Assembly (NCBI GenBank): GCA_048941285.1
Contig: JBHLNS010000007.1
Coordinates: 1-64,000, forward strand
Reading direction: 5' to 3'
DNA from: Promethearchaeota archaeon
GTDB lineage: Archaea > Asgardarchaeota > Lokiarchaeia > Sigyniarchaeales > SOKP01
DNA: 64,000 nt
Part shown: in pieces, positions 43,244 to 54,003 of the stretch
Layout: every line of letters starts with the position of its first letter
Numbering within the stretch: the stretch's first letter is position 1
The notes under the pieces: generated by a model
The model's input: the letters and a program-made list of their open reading frames with translations, nothing else
The model's database searches: none
Told to the model about the DNA's origin: nothing
Position numbers and translations under genes: made by a program

Positions 43244-44416
43244 ATGGAAAAACAACAAAAAAGTATTGAGCCCCAAATGGTAGATATTATTTTTCGTCAT
43301 TATAGAGAAGGAGATGAAAAACAACTTGCAGAATTATTTAATCAGGCATTCAAAAGAAGTGTTGTTATAAGAACATCTACTGGATGGCATTGGAGATATG
43401 TCAAATCCCCGGGATTTGAACCAGAAATGTGTCAAATTGCAGAAGATGTTGATAGAAATATAATTGTTGGAGCTATTCTAGTTAATTTAATAGAAACAAG
43501 ACCATTTGGTCAAAAGAAATACTTAATAGGTGATTTAAATGATGTTTCTACTCATCCTAATTATACTAAAAGAGGAATAGCAACAAAATTGATGGAAAAT
43601 TCAATCGATTATATGAAGAAAAAAGGATGTGACTTTTCAATGCTAAGTACAGGATTAAGAAGTTTTGCTAGAACTAATATATATCAAAAATTTGGATATT
43701 TTGATCTAGAAAAGGAGTATTATTTTGTTCAAATTCCCAGTGCTGTTCAACTTATCAGAAATTTTTTGGGATTTGCTTTTCTCTTTCCTATAGTTTTAAC
43801 CCTCTCCTATTTACCACGATTTTTAAATAGACTAAGATTAAAATTCAATAATTTCCTTAAAGACTTTTCTTATGAAATTAATCATAATACGAAACATTTT
43901 GAATTTATGAATAGCATTAATAGGATTAGCCCAAAAATTTATGAAGGCTATCCTAGATATGATCATTTAAAATTTAATTGGGCAAGAATAAATGTTCCTG
44001 CTAATAACAATAGACCGACTTATATTATAATAAAAAAAGGGGGAGAGCCTGTTGGTGGTGCTGTTATTACTCATCAACTTATTAAAGCCCATAAATATGG
44101 GTTGAAATTAAGATTAGGAATTATTCATGAAATATTTCTGAACAAAAGTACGTTTAATAACTTTTATAATCATTATCTAGGATATGTTTATTTAGTTGAT
44201 AAAATCCTTAAAGCTGCTACCCATAGACATTTAGGGATATTATTGTATACGTCTAGTTTTAACGCAAATTATTTAAACCAAGCATTTAGAGGGATGAGTT
44301 TTTTCAAGATACAAAATGATGTAATAATGGTGAAAGAGTTAAAGAAGAATCTTAAGTTCCCTAAACTCAAAAAACCTCTATTTATTCCAACGTATTTGAC
44401 TTTAGGTGTGGTTTAA
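43244..44416 (+). CDS. GNAT family N-acetyltransferase
   Basis: VSTHPNYTKRGIATKLM, YQKFGY. Confidence 0.85.
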   Translation: MEKQQKSIEPQMVDIIFRHYREGDEKQLAELFNQAFKRSVVIRTSTGWHWRYVKSPGFEPEMCQIAEDVDRNIIVGAILVNLIETRPFGQKKYLIGDLNDVSTHPNYTKRGIATKLMENSIDYMKKKGCDFSMLSTGLRSFARTNIYQKFGYFDLEKEYYFVQIPSAVQLIRNFLGFAFLFPIVLTLSYLPRFLNRLRLKFNNFLKDFSYEINHNTKHFEFMNSINRISPKIYEGYPRYDHLKFNWARINVPANNNRPTYIIIKKGGEPVGGAVITHQLIKAHKYGLKLRLGIIHEIFLNKSTFNNFYNHYLGYVYLVDKILKAATHRHLGILLYTSSFNANYLNQAFRGMSFFKIQNDVIMVKELKKNLKFPKLKKPLFIPTYLTLGVV

Positions 44417-44486
44417 AAGACAAAAACATAAATATTCAATTTTTGATATTTATTGTAACTAAATTTTAATATTTGGAGTAGGGTTA

Positions 44487-45269
44487 ATGGGAAAAGAAGT
44501 TGATGAAGGTAAAAAAATATTTAAAGAAGCATTTGACGTACTAAATGATTATTTCGAAGAAAAACGATCTGACACCGTAATGGAAGAAGAAAAGAAAGCT
44601 AAAAAGGGAAAGGTAGCTTTAGCTAAATTTTCAAAAGGTCTGATTGGAAAAACAGATAAAATTAATTTCAGGATTTTAATTGGACATAAAAAAGAAATTG
44701 GAGACTGTATTTATGAAGCTGTCTATTTAAGTGATAAAAAGGAACCGAAAATTTACATTTTTAAAGTTAATTCGGGAAAGCCTTGCAGTACAGTCCTAAT
44801 TAATTTCAAGGAAGAAGATTGGAATGGCTATAAAAAAGTTGAGAAATTCAAATCACTAACAAAATTCTTAGAATCTGCATATAATGATGGGATTTATTAC
44901 AAAGGAAAGAAGGAAAAAAAAGAAGACGCGTTAAATAGACTTATTAAAGGTCTAAAAAGATCCCTAGAAGCAGTTGAAGATGAAGAAAAAGCAAAAAAAG
45001 GAGATAATAGTCCAATTGCTTTGAAAATAGCCAAGTTTGTAGCGGTAGCGGCAGTAACTACGATAGTTTCAGCAGCATTAACTCCAGCAGCGGGTGTTAT
45101 AGCCCAAGAAATTGCAGGGGGTGGATCTATCACAGGTGATGTTTTAGGCGCAGCTGCTCAGGCTGCAGGAGAAGGATTAAAAAATTTAGTGGATCCCGCA
45201 AACATAGCAAAAAAAATTGTAACCAAAGTTATTACGAAAGGTAAAGATTTACCCGGAACAAATAAATAA
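44487..45269 (+). CDS. Hypothetical protein with an Ala/Gly-rich hydrophobic C-terminal segment
   Basis: 260-aa ORF; FVAVAAVTTIVSAALTPAAGVIAQEIAGGG. Confidence 0.65.
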   Translation: MGKEVDEGKKIFKEAFDVLNDYFEEKRSDTVMEEEKKAKKGKVALAKFSKGLIGKTDKINFRILIGHKKEIGDCIYEAVYLSDKKEPKIYIFKVNSGKPCSTVLINFKEEDWNGYKKVEKFKSLTKFLESAYNDGIYYKGKKEKKEDALNRLIKGLKRSLEAVEDEEKAKKGDNSPIALKIAKFVAVAAVTTIVSAALTPAAGVIAQEIAGGGSITGDVLGAAAQAAGEGLKNLVDPANIAKKIVTKVITKGKDLPGTNK

Positions 45270-45348
45270 AAAATAACAATAATAAATTTCTTAAGTTATA
45301 AGATGTTTATTATCTAAATTTATTTAGATATTTATCGAGAAAAATAAA

Positions 45349-45819
45349 TTGTCAGAAGTAGCAAAATATCAAAATGTCTTTAGAAGTATATTAGTTTCAG
45401 GCGTGATCACTTTTACAGCTTATCTAATAACTTCGATAATATCATTTATAGTAGGTTTTCCTTTTCTCCCTGGCTATTTTCTTGTTGCGGATATACAATT
45501 TTTAATTGGAACCGTTTTTGGTGTAATTTATTTTATAAAAAAGCGGAGACCAGATCAATCAATTTTATTATATTGTGTAATAGTAGGGATAGTTGGAGGA
45601 ATATTAGCTGCTTTATTTATTAGTATATATCAATGGGTTTTATTTCTCAACATTTATATGTTTGTTATATATTTCATACCTTGTCTTATTTCTGGAGTAT
45701 TTATTGGGTTCTTAATTGGGGTTATTATAAGTGTATACAATATGTATAAAGAGGTAAAAGAAGAGAGACCAGAAAAGCATTATGATGATGATTTCTTTAA
45801 AGAGTTGATTGAAGAATAA
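45349..45819 (+). CDS. Hypothetical 4-TM membrane protein
   Basis: Four hydrophobic Gly-containing segments and an acidic tail. Confidence 0.75.
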   Translation: MSEVAKYQNVFRSILVSGVITFTAYLITSIISFIVGFPFLPGYFLVADIQFLIGTVFGVIYFIKKRRPDQSILLYCVIVGIVGGILAALFISIYQWVLFLNIYMFVIYFIPCLISGVFIGFLIGVIISVYNMYKEVKEERPEKHYDDDFFKELIEE

Positions 45820-45992
45820 TTATTAAAATACAATAAATCTTTTAATCTAAATTTTTAAGTGATTTTTAAGATTTTTAGTATCCTTTATCCTTGAATGAAG
45901 ATATTTTGCTTAATAATTGGACTCTAAAAGAAATTAATTCCATAAATTTCTAATTTTTATTAATTAATAATAATTGAATTTAGGATAGGAAA

Positions 45993-46286
45993 GTGAGTAA
46001 AGCAACTATCTGGCAATATAAAGAGTTTGTTCAGTCAAGAAAAGAAAAAATAGTAAATATGCTAATCAGTGAGATTATATTTCTAAAATCACGTTTTAAA
46101 AGGGCTCAGAATAAAGATGAATTACAATCTCTCAAAAAAGCACTGGAAAAATTAGATTATCTCCTAAATACGCTTAAAAGTAAGAGTTCTATAATTTCTG
46201 AAGAAGATTTTGATAAAATAGTCATGTTGATTTATCAAATTTTTAAAGATATTGCAGATAATTTAGAACAAACAATTAAAGTTTAA
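45993..46286 (+). CDS. Hypothetical small helical protein
   Basis: 97-aa ORF, GTG start after AGGA. Confidence 0.5.
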   Translation: MSKATIWQYKEFVQSRKEKIVNMLISEIIFLKSRFKRAQNKDELQSLKKALEKLDYLLNTLKSKSSIISEEDFDKIVMLIYQIFKDIADNLEQTIKV

Positions 46287-47124
46287 GAACATTAAATTCC
46301 TTGAATGCTCTCAATGCACATATTGTAGCATTTACTCTATGTTCTTCTCCTTCACCTTCTTCCTGATCCCAACTTCCATCTGTTTTTTGTTTCATTTCTA
46401 GCTCTGAAAGTGATTTTAAAACTAATTTATGGTCAGATGATAACCTTGCATCTTTTAAGCAACGAATTAACCAGGCTATATATGCTCCTTTCCAATCCGG
46501 GGAGAAATTTTCTTCAACAACCTTAACCGCTTTATTGAATGATTCAGCATCTGCCCCAGAATAAAAAGCTAACATGGGTAGTGCTAACCAAGTAGCTCTT
46601 AAATAACCCTTTAATCTTCCAGAAGAATCACTATTCGCGAGTAAGAAATCAGTCGGACAATATGTCCCTTCTGCTTCTGCATAACCAAAACGAATTAATA
46701 TATGGGCACAATATGCAGTTAGCCAAACTCGAGTTTCAATACGCCCAGGGATCATCCACTTTGGTGGAGTATATTTGGAAATTTCAGAAATTTCATCCCA
46801 ACCCCCGTCTTTTTGTTGATGAGATAATATATATTTACATGCGGGAACCACGATCTCTCCTTTATATATTTTCAAATCATCAAACCATTCTAGAATATAA
46901 CAAGTATCTGTAATATTACTCATTTCTTTTACCCAATAAGAAAAACCTCCATCAGTGTTCTGAAATAATTTCAATTTTTGTAAAACCTCCTCAGATGGTT
47001 CTTCATCCCTCAAAATAGCTGAAAGGCGAGCCTTTTCTATGGAATTCCCATGGATTTTTACGAACCTAATAGATTTATGAATATTCATGAATTTCTTTTG
47101 AGATTTGAATTGTGCTTTCTCCAA
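46276..47124 (-). CDS. Prenyltransferase/squalene-cyclase repeat protein
   Basis: QW-type repeats QNTDGGF, QQKDGGW, QKTDGSW. Confidence 0.8.
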   Translation of the reverse strand: MEKAQFKSQKKFMNIHKSIRFVKIHGNSIEKARLSAILRDEEPSEEVLQKLKLFQNTDGGFSYWVKEMSNITDTCYILEWFDDLKIYKGEIVVPACKYILSHQQKDGGWDEISEISKYTPPKWMIPGRIETRVWLTAYCAHILIRFGYAEAEGTYCPTDFLLANSDSSGRLKGYLRATWLALPMLAFYSGADAESFNKAVKVVEENFSPDWKGAYIAWLIRCLKDARLSSDHKLVLKSLSELEMKQKTDGSWDQEEGEGEEHRVNATICALRAFKEFNVLKL

Positions 47125-47291
47125 TTTTATGTATGAATTTATTGGTAAAGATTTTAATCTTTTGTACCAATGTGTTGTGAAATAATCCTTAGATCATGTA
47201 ATTCTCAAATAAATAATTGTGAAATATGTCAATTTTTTACTAGAAATCAAGAATTAGATATTAATTAAAAAGATAAAAAAAATGTTTAAAA

Positions 47292-48236
47292 TTACATTTT
47301 AATTAAAAGTCCAACAGCATCCATTAGGGTTTCTTTTCTTGGCAAACCTTTCATTAATTCACTTTTAACTCTTTCAGCAAGAATTTGAGGAGTCCATTTC
47401 TTACCGTCATTACTGATCATATTAACTGCATGCCATCCCTGATAAACCCAACACTTATCTCCAGACACTCTAAATACCTCGCCCGTTATTTTTCTTGCAT
47501 TATCTGATGCTAAAAACACTGCCATAGGAGCAAAGTTCACAGGATTAAAAACATCAAAACCGGTTTCATCTGTTTTACTCATAACATCTGCCATTGATGG
47601 AGTTGCATCAGTAGTAAGCCGTGTTCGAGCAATCGGTACAAGACAGTTAACTGTAGCATACTTTTTTAACTCCATTGCGGATATAATAGTAAAAGCAGCA
47701 ATTCCTGCTTTTGCAGCACCATAATTAGATTGTCCCATATTCCCTAATAAACCAGCATCAGAAGCGGTGTTAATTATAGTCCCAAAATTTTTCAACTTCG
47801 GATCTGCCTTTCCTTGCTCTCTAAAATATGCTGCAGCATGACGAGTCATGTTAAAAGTACCTTTTAAATGTACTGCTATAACATCATCAAATTCTTTTTC
47901 TGTCATGTTAAAAAGCATTCGATCCCGGAGAATTCCGGCATTGTTTAATAAAATATCTAATTTCCCAAACTCAGAGATCGCTTGATCAATCATAGCTTTA
48001 GCTTTGTTAAAATCTGTAACAGAATCATAATTCCCAACAGCTTTAACGCCTAATTTTTTACACTCTTCAGCTACTTCGTCAGCAATCTTAGTAGGAGCCC
48101 CACTCCCATCAAATCCGGCACCTAAATCGTTAATTACTAGATTACACCCTTCTCTCGCCATTGCTAAAGCTTCTTCACGTCCAAGACCTCGACCAGCCCC
48201 AGTAATTATTGCTACCTTACCATCTAACATTCCCAT
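47292..48236 (-). CDS. SDR oxidoreductase (HSD17B4/MFE-2-like 3-hydroxyacyl-CoA dehydrogenase type)
   Basis: TGAGRGLG, VINDLG, NNAGILRDR, GQSNYGAAKAG. Confidence 0.9.
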   Translation of the reverse strand: MGMLDGKVAIITGAGRGLGREEALAMAREGCNLVINDLGAGFDGSGAPTKIADEVAEECKKLGVKAVGNYDSVTDFNKAKAMIDQAISEFGKLDILLNNAGILRDRMLFNMTEKEFDDVIAVHLKGTFNMTRHAAAYFREQGKADPKLKNFGTIINTASDAGLLGNMGQSNYGAAKAGIAAFTIISAMELKKYATVNCLVPIARTRLTTDATPSMADVMSKTDETGFDVFNPVNFAPMAVFLASDNARKITGEVFRVSGDKCWVYQGWHAVNMISNDGKKWTPQILAERVKSELMKGLPRKETLMDAVGLLIKM

Positions 48237-48386
48237 AATATTTTTTCCTCTTTAATATTATTTTTTTATTTTATTTCAAAATTTTATGTGCTAAATAATA
48301 TGTACTAATAAAAAATTATTTCTAAAATTAAGGATTTTTATATTTATCATATTTTTATAAAGAAGATTATATATACATTTGATTAA

Positions 48387-48899
48387 TTGGAGATATGCTT
48401 GGAATCCATCACTCATAATCTAACAGCGATTCTTATTCAGATACTATCCTTCAATTTTTTTTTATATCCGATAAATATCATTTCAACAGTTATATTTGCT
48501 TTTTTATCCCATTTCCTGTCTGATGCCTTATCTAAATTAACATATCACACCCCTGAAGCAATGAAAAAGGATAAATTTTGGATTATATGGCATATAATTA
48601 TCTATTCTGCTTCCATAGTAAGTTCTATTATATTTTTTGTTCCATTCTGGTTCGCGATTTTATCTGTGAACTTTCCAGATATTATAGATTGGTTTATTTT
48701 AAGACCTATTCAAAATAAAAAACAAAGAAAAAAGCTAAAAATTGAAGGGAAAAAGAATTATCTTCTCCATCAAATTTCAGATTGGATTCGTGATAAAATA
48801 TTTTTTTGGCTTCCAGATTTTACATATAAAAAATATGGAGTAATAAATGAATTATTAGTAATAGGAATTTTATCCTTTTTGATTTATTTATATATTTGA
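48387..48899 (+). CDS. Membrane protein, possibly metal-dependent hydrolase-like
   Basis: THNL, SHFLSD, FPDIID motifs among TM segments. Confidence 0.6.
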   Translation: MEICLESITHNLTAILIQILSFNFFLYPINIISTVIFAFLSHFLSDALSKLTYHTPEAMKKDKFWIIWHIIIYSASIVSSIIFFVPFWFAILSVNFPDIIDWFILRPIQNKKQRKKLKIEGKKNYLLHQISDWIRDKIFFWLPDFTYKKYGVINELLVIGILSFLIYLYI

Positions 48900-49298
48900 G
48901 TTATTCCTACTAAAGCAATCTATATTATTGAAATAAAATAAATGACTTATACACATGCAATCTGAGGAACCAAAATTTCTTATTAAATCATCACAGATTT
49001 CAGATAATCCTTGAGCGATTATACATTCTAATTGTTCAATTGAGGGAATTAAATAGATTTTAGTTATCATGGAATGATTCTCTGCTAGAAGATAATCTAT
49101 ATGCCAATGAATACTTTTATTTTTTCGACTTGAAAGATGTCTTTTAACTCTATTCAATAATGCTGAGGAACCATAATTCCCCATAGCTGATCCTACATAT
49201 AAATAAAATCCTTTTCTGAATACAATCTCCCCTAAAGCCCCAACGATGAGACGAATATCATTCTCTACAAAAACGACTAAAATATATGATCCTTTCAT
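48888..49298 (-). CDS. DUF123 / GIY-YIG (Uri superfamily) nuclease-like protein
   Basis: KGSYIL, YLYVGSA, RVKRH, HWHIDYL, FGSSDCMCISHL. Confidence 0.88.
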   Translation of the reverse strand: MKGSYILVVFVENDIRLIVGALGEIVFRKGFYLYVGSAMGNYGSSALLNRVKRHLSSRKNKSIHWHIDYLLAENHSMITKIYLIPSIEQLECIIAQGLSEICDDLIRNFGSSDCMCISHLFYFNNIDCFSRNNSNI

Positions 49299-49471
49299 TT
49301 ACCGCATTTTATTTTATGATCGTGATAACAACCATCACAAAGGTATTCTCCGCATTTTTTACAAATGTTACCACATATTTCACATATTGGAGTAAAGCAC
49401 TCCACACATTCATAAATTTCACCGGATATATTTTCCCCACAATTCTCGCAAATAACTTCTTCTTCACTCAT
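49295..49471 (-). CDS. 58-aa Cys-rich zinc-finger microprotein (not in ORF track)
   Basis: MSEEEVICENCGENISGEIYECVECFTPICEICGNICKKCGEYLCDGCYHDHKIKCGK*; five CxxC pairs; ATGA overlap with the next gene. Confidence 0.8.
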   Translation of the reverse strand: MSEEEVICENCGENISGEIYECVECFTPICEICGNICKKCGEYLCDGCYHDHKIKCGK

Positions 49472-49657
49472 TTTGACAAATTAAATATCATTTAATTAAT
49501 TATGTTAAATATATAATTAAGCATAAAAACGCCTATTATTATACGATGAATAACTAAGTATACCTCTTTACTTTTAGATTATTATTTTATTAACTAAAAC
49601 TTTATTATAACTCTTTAATTCAATATTTGTAAACATTTTTGAGAAAACTACTAACTT

Positions 49658-51406
49658 ATGGCAATTCCACCAGAAGAAGAAAAGTTTCAAATTGAATTTG
49701 AGCGAGATCGGAAATTTTTTGAACGAGAGGGCAGTTCCCGTGCAGTCACTTCTGGTTCTCTCTACATGTTTTTTTCTTTAATTTATGCGACTTGTATATG
49801 GGTTTTTGTTATATTAGCTACAGGTTGGCCAGGTTTAACCTATTTTGGATTAACAACAGCAATAAATGGTATTGTAAGTTTGATAGGAATTGGTATTACT
49901 CGATATTTCATTGCTGAAATTAAAGCAGCTTTTGTTATTAATGAAGAATTCGGACGTTTAAAAGCTTCTACTTACTCAAAATTATTGTTTTTCATAGGAT
50001 TATCGATAGGTCTAGCGCTGATACTTACACCTTTCATTTTTGGGTTTTTTTTAACAAATAATTTATTAAGAGGTTGTATCTTTGCTTCAGGTTTTTCAAC
50101 AATTTTAATATATAGCATGTCTATTTTTCAGATTGGATTAGAAATAAAAAATAGATATGATATAATAGCATTCCTATCTATATTTGGAGGTATTTCTCTT
50201 TTGATTTCAGGGTTTATTTTTATTGTATTTAATCTTAATCCTTTCGGTTTTGCTTTTTATCCTTTTTTTAATTTTCCGACATTATTTCTTTTTATTTATT
50301 ACTTCTATAAATTAGCACCTTATTCAATTAGAGATATTATATATGCAAGTTTAAGAACTCGAAATATGAAAAAGAGAGCATCTCCAGAAATTAAAGATCT
50401 AATTGAGGATCATCAAATACTACTATATCTAAAAAATTCTATATATTCTATGATTACAAACATTCAAAACTCAAAATTTTTCGAAGATATTCTATTCTTA
50501 AGTGCTGCTTTTTATTTAGCTATTTTTACTGATGCTTCATATCAATTATTTGCGGTTAGTTTATTAACTGTTTTAATGACTTATGGTGCGGTAAAGGCTG
50601 TTATCTTGTATTACTCCTCACCTTTAAATATTGAAATAGCTGAAGCATGTGTTAGAGAAAGTCATCAAACAGTTGAAGATTCAATTAACGCTTCTACGCG
50701 TATTGCAAGTATTTTAGCCTTAGGTTTCTTAACAGCTATGATAGCACTATCAGGTGAATTATTATTTTATTTACATCGAGAGCTTTTTTTTGAGGGGCTT
50801 ATATTTAACAACGAAGCATTTCTGATGGCAAGAATTTTGTTTATCCTTATTATAACTGGTCAATTTATTTATGGATATGCTACTTTATTTGGTAATGCAT
50901 TAATTGGATCTGGAAATGCCTCTTTAGCAGCGAAAGGATTTGGGATTACCTTGTGTATAATTATTGGAATTTCTCCAATTTTTATTTTCCTTTTTGGAAT
51001 ACTAGGAATTGGAATAGTAATGTTAATTTCTGCGCTCTTTTTATTACCATATATTTTAATTCAACTTAAGAGAAAGCTTGAAATTACATATAAATTTAGA
51101 ATCTATAGATTGTTACCGAATTTAGCCATACTCTTTCTAATTATGGTATTAATCCCATTCAACAGTATATTAAGTATTTTATTAGGTATTATAATTGGAG
51201 CAACCCTTTATTTATTCTTAAATCCATTCTTTGGAGTTTCAATTCCTGAAGACCTACAAATGATCAACGATTTGTTTAACACCCTGAAATTAAGTTTTTT
51301 TGGAAATCTTATTGTAAATTTTATGAAAATAACTTATAATTTCAGCCCTTTGAATAAAAATAAAATAATTCTTGAACAGGATAAGTTAGTTTTAGTAAAA
51401 AAATAA
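49658..51406 (+). CDS. Multi-pass membrane protein, MOP/MATE flippase-like
   Basis: About 14 TM segments; GIGITRYFIAE near the N-terminus resembles polysaccharide flippases. Confidence 0.6.
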   Translation: MAIPPEEEKFQIEFERDRKFFEREGSSRAVTSGSLYMFFSLIYATCIWVFVILATGWPGLTYFGLTTAINGIVSLIGIGITRYFIAEIKAAFVINEEFGRLKASTYSKLLFFIGLSIGLALILTPFIFGFFLTNNLLRGCIFASGFSTILIYSMSIFQIGLEIKNRYDIIAFLSIFGGISLLISGFIFIVFNLNPFGFAFYPFFNFPTLFLFIYYFYKLAPYSIRDIIYASLRTRNMKKRASPEIKDLIEDHQILLYLKNSIYSMITNIQNSKFFEDILFLSAAFYLAIFTDASYQLFAVSLLTVLMTYGAVKAVILYYSSPLNIEIAEACVRESHQTVEDSINASTRIASILALGFLTAMIALSGELLFYLHRELFFEGLIFNNEAFLMARILFILIITGQFIYGYATLFGNALIGSGNASLAAKGFGITLCIIIGISPIFIFLFGILGIGIVMLISALFLLPYILIQLKRKLEITYKFRIYRLLPNLAILFLIMVLIPFNSILSILLGIIIGATLYLFLNPFFGVSIPEDLQMINDLFNTLKLSFFGNLIVNFMKITYNFSPLNKNKIILEQDKLVLVKK

Positions 51407-51432
51407 ATCAGTGTTATTTTAAGAAAATTAAA

Positions 51433-52221
51433 TCATTTTCTATATTGATTAAAATCTGGTTTACGTTTCTCAATAAAAGCATTCTTTCCTTCAACGGCTT
51501 CTTCAGTTCCATAATACATGGATAATCCACCTACTCCTAATTGTGTAATACCAGTTACACCATCAGTTTCAGCTAAAAATGCATATTTTAACATTTTAAG
51601 AGCTGTTGGACTTTTTTCTAATAATTCCTGGCACCATTGGTCTACCTCCTCATCTAACTTATCATAAGGTACAACATTATTTACAAGTCCCATTTGTAGA
51701 GCTTGTTGTGCTGTATATCTACGACATAAATACCATATTTCTTTAGCTCGTTTCACACCTACAGCACGCATCAAATCTCCTGTTCCATACCCCGGATCAA
51801 ATGACCCAACACGAGGTCCAGCTTGCCCAAATTGTGCATGTTCTGCTGCAATACTAAGATCACAATTAACGTGCCATACATGCCCCCCTCCAATAGCATA
51901 ACCATTTACTCTAGCAATTATAGGTTTTGGTAAGGTACGGATTAAAAGAGTTACTCGCTGCCAGCCAACTTCTAATGGTAAAATATACTCTCCTGTATAA
52001 CCTCCTACTTCTCGTGTACTTTGATCACCACCAGTACAGAAAGCTTTTTCTCCCTCTCCCGTAAAAACCACAACTCCAATTTTATTATCCCAACATTGAT
52101 CAAATGCATCAATTAATTCATGAACAGCTCGTAAATTACATGAATTATAACTTTCAGGGCGATTTATTGTTATACGAGCAATCCGATCCTTCTTTTCAAA
52201 AATAATTTCTTTATATTCCAT
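51433..52221 (-). CDS. menB: MenB/BadI-type crotonase (1,4-dihydroxy-2-naphthoyl-CoA synthase-like)
   Basis: AFCTGGDQS, GYAIGGGHV, GPRVGSFDPGYG, KEIWYLCRRY, EKRKPDF. Confidence 0.7.
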   Translation of the reverse strand: MEYKEIIFEKKDRIARITINRPESYNSCNLRAVHELIDAFDQCWDNKIGVVVFTGEGEKAFCTGGDQSTREVGGYTGEYILPLEVGWQRVTLLIRTLPKPIIARVNGYAIGGGHVWHVNCDLSIAAEHAQFGQAGPRVGSFDPGYGTGDLMRAVGVKRAKEIWYLCRRYTAQQALQMGLVNNVVPYDKLDEEVDQWCQELLEKSPTALKMLKYAFLAETDGVTGITQLGVGGLSMYYGTEEAVEGKNAFIEKRKPDFNQYRK

Positions 52222-52396
52222 TTTTCTTATTCCAATTTTTTAATTAATTTCTTTTTGATAATTAATGTTTAAAAATGATTGTAACATATTAAACAATCTT
52301 TAATTACGAGTGAAAATTAGAAGATAACAAATCCAAATTTGCTATATATATAGAGAGGGTTTCTCTAAAATAGTGAAAACCTTGTTTCATGAAGTT

Positions 52397-53143
52397 TTAT
52401 ACTCTTCGTATCTGAGAATAGTCGTGTTTATGCTTAAGTCTCTCTTGTTGTTTTAAGGCTCTACTTATTTTAAAATCGTATTTTTTTATCATTTTTCTAA
52501 TTTGTATCTCTGTTTTTACTAATTCAGAATCTGCGGGAACTAATCTTTTTGAATAGCCCGATTCCATCAATTTTACACGACAATATGCAACAATGCTTTT
52601 AACATCACTCTGAGCAATTTTTTTTTCGACTCCTACTAACTCTTTACCATTTAGGAAAAGGGCTTTCCTGCTTCTACTGATCATGGGCCTACCAGAAATA
52701 ATCTCAATAGGAGCAGCAACAATAGCTGCAATTCCATGTGCAAATTTTTCTTCTTTAGTTTTTGGTTTGCCAGTGGAACCAACACTCGCTTTTTTTGCTC
52801 CTAGAGTTAATTGCTTCAAATTTACTAGGTTTTCTAGACCTTGTATATTAATAAATCTATTATTTTCAAGATTTAATGTTTTTAAATTTATCAAATTATC
52901 TAATCCTTCAATTGCCCCAATTCTATTATTACTTAGATCTAACTTTTTTAATTTATTCAAATTATTTAAGCCTTGAATTTTATCGATTTGATTATAACTG
53001 AGATTTAAAACTTGTAAGTCTGTCAAGTTTTCAAGGTTTTTAAGTTTAGCGATATCCTCTATACCTTTTCTTGATAGGTTAAGTGTTAGAAGATTGTTTT
53101 CAACAGTAGGTATAAATTCCTTATTATTATATATCACAGACAT
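52397..53143 (-). CDS. Leucine-rich repeat protein (SDS22-like)
   Basis: Repeats of LxxLxLSxNxIxxIxGLxxL. Confidence 0.88.
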   Translation of the reverse strand: MSVIYNNKEFIPTVENNLLTLNLSRKGIEDIAKLKNLENLTDLQVLNLSYNQIDKIQGLNNLNKLKKLDLSNNRIGAIEGLDNLINLKTLNLENNRFINIQGLENLVNLKQLTLGAKKASVGSTGKPKTKEEKFAHGIAAIVAAPIEIISGRPMISRSRKALFLNGKELVGVEKKIAQSDVKSIVAYCRVKLMESGYSKRLVPADSELVKTEIQIRKMIKKYDFKISRALKQQERLKHKHDYSQIRRV

Positions 53144-53323
53144 GGTTATTTGGACTACGTTGAATGTATTTAAAAAGAAATAGGATGACTTTGTATAAAA
53201 GATAATTCATTATAATAACCCTATTTTTGATAAAGAAGTAGTAAATGGCGCAATTTACTAGTAAAATAATTTTTTTATACTAGCAGGCTATATTTGACTA
53301 TTTTTCTAGATATAATAATGATT

Positions 53324-53854
53324 TTAGAAAACCATTTTTTGCTTAATTTCTTGAACCATTTTTTGACCATTCTCATTTATTTCGGTTATTATTTCTCTGA
53401 GAATCTCATTAATGGCCAAACCACGTAATTCACATGCAATATATAATAAAGAGAGGACTTCTTTCGCAAGGACACGAATATTTTTTACATCGCTTATTGG
53501 AATTCTAATTCCAAGAGCCTTCAGATCCATGTGAGTTTCTTTTTCTTGTTGTCTTATAGTAATTAAGATATCATTCTTCCTTCCTTTCCACTCCTCAGTA
53601 ATAGCTCTTAAAGATAGTAAATATCGCTTTGTAGGACTTCCTATTCCCATAACATCTTTCGCAAATTCTAGTGGTTCAGAATTTCTAATAGTTTTTAATC
53701 CAAATGTTCGATTAACCTTATAATTTTTATCTAATTTTGTTTTCATTTTTGTAATTTCATCTGTGAGCTGTTCAATCTTTAATGATAATTTTTCAAACTT
53801 CTTTAGAAAGATCTCTTCTGAACCAATTTCAAATTTACTCATTTTAAACATCAT
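53324..53854 (-). CDS. Hypothetical protein
   Basis: 176-aa ORF with an N-terminal coiled coil. Confidence 0.65.
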   Translation of the reverse strand: MMFKMSKFEIGSEEIFLKKFEKLSLKIEQLTDEITKMKTKLDKNYKVNRTFGLKTIRNSEPLEFAKDVMGIGSPTKRYLLSLRAITEEWKGRKNDILITIRQQEKETHMDLKALGIRIPISDVKNIRVLAKEVLSLLYIACELRGLAINEILREIITEINENGQKMVQEIKQKMVF

Positions 53855-54003
53855 TTAGATTAAGTATGATACTTTTTGAATTATTTGTTAATAAAACTAA
53901 TTATTAAACGATTAATCTATGAGGAATTTTTAATTTATATTCCAATATCAATTCAAATAATAAAAGGATTATTTTAAAATAATAAAGTAATTTAAAGATT
54001 TAA

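Noticed and set aside
49286-49495. 69-aa + strand ORF
   Set aside because: Antisense shadow of the Cys-rich microprotein on the minus strand.
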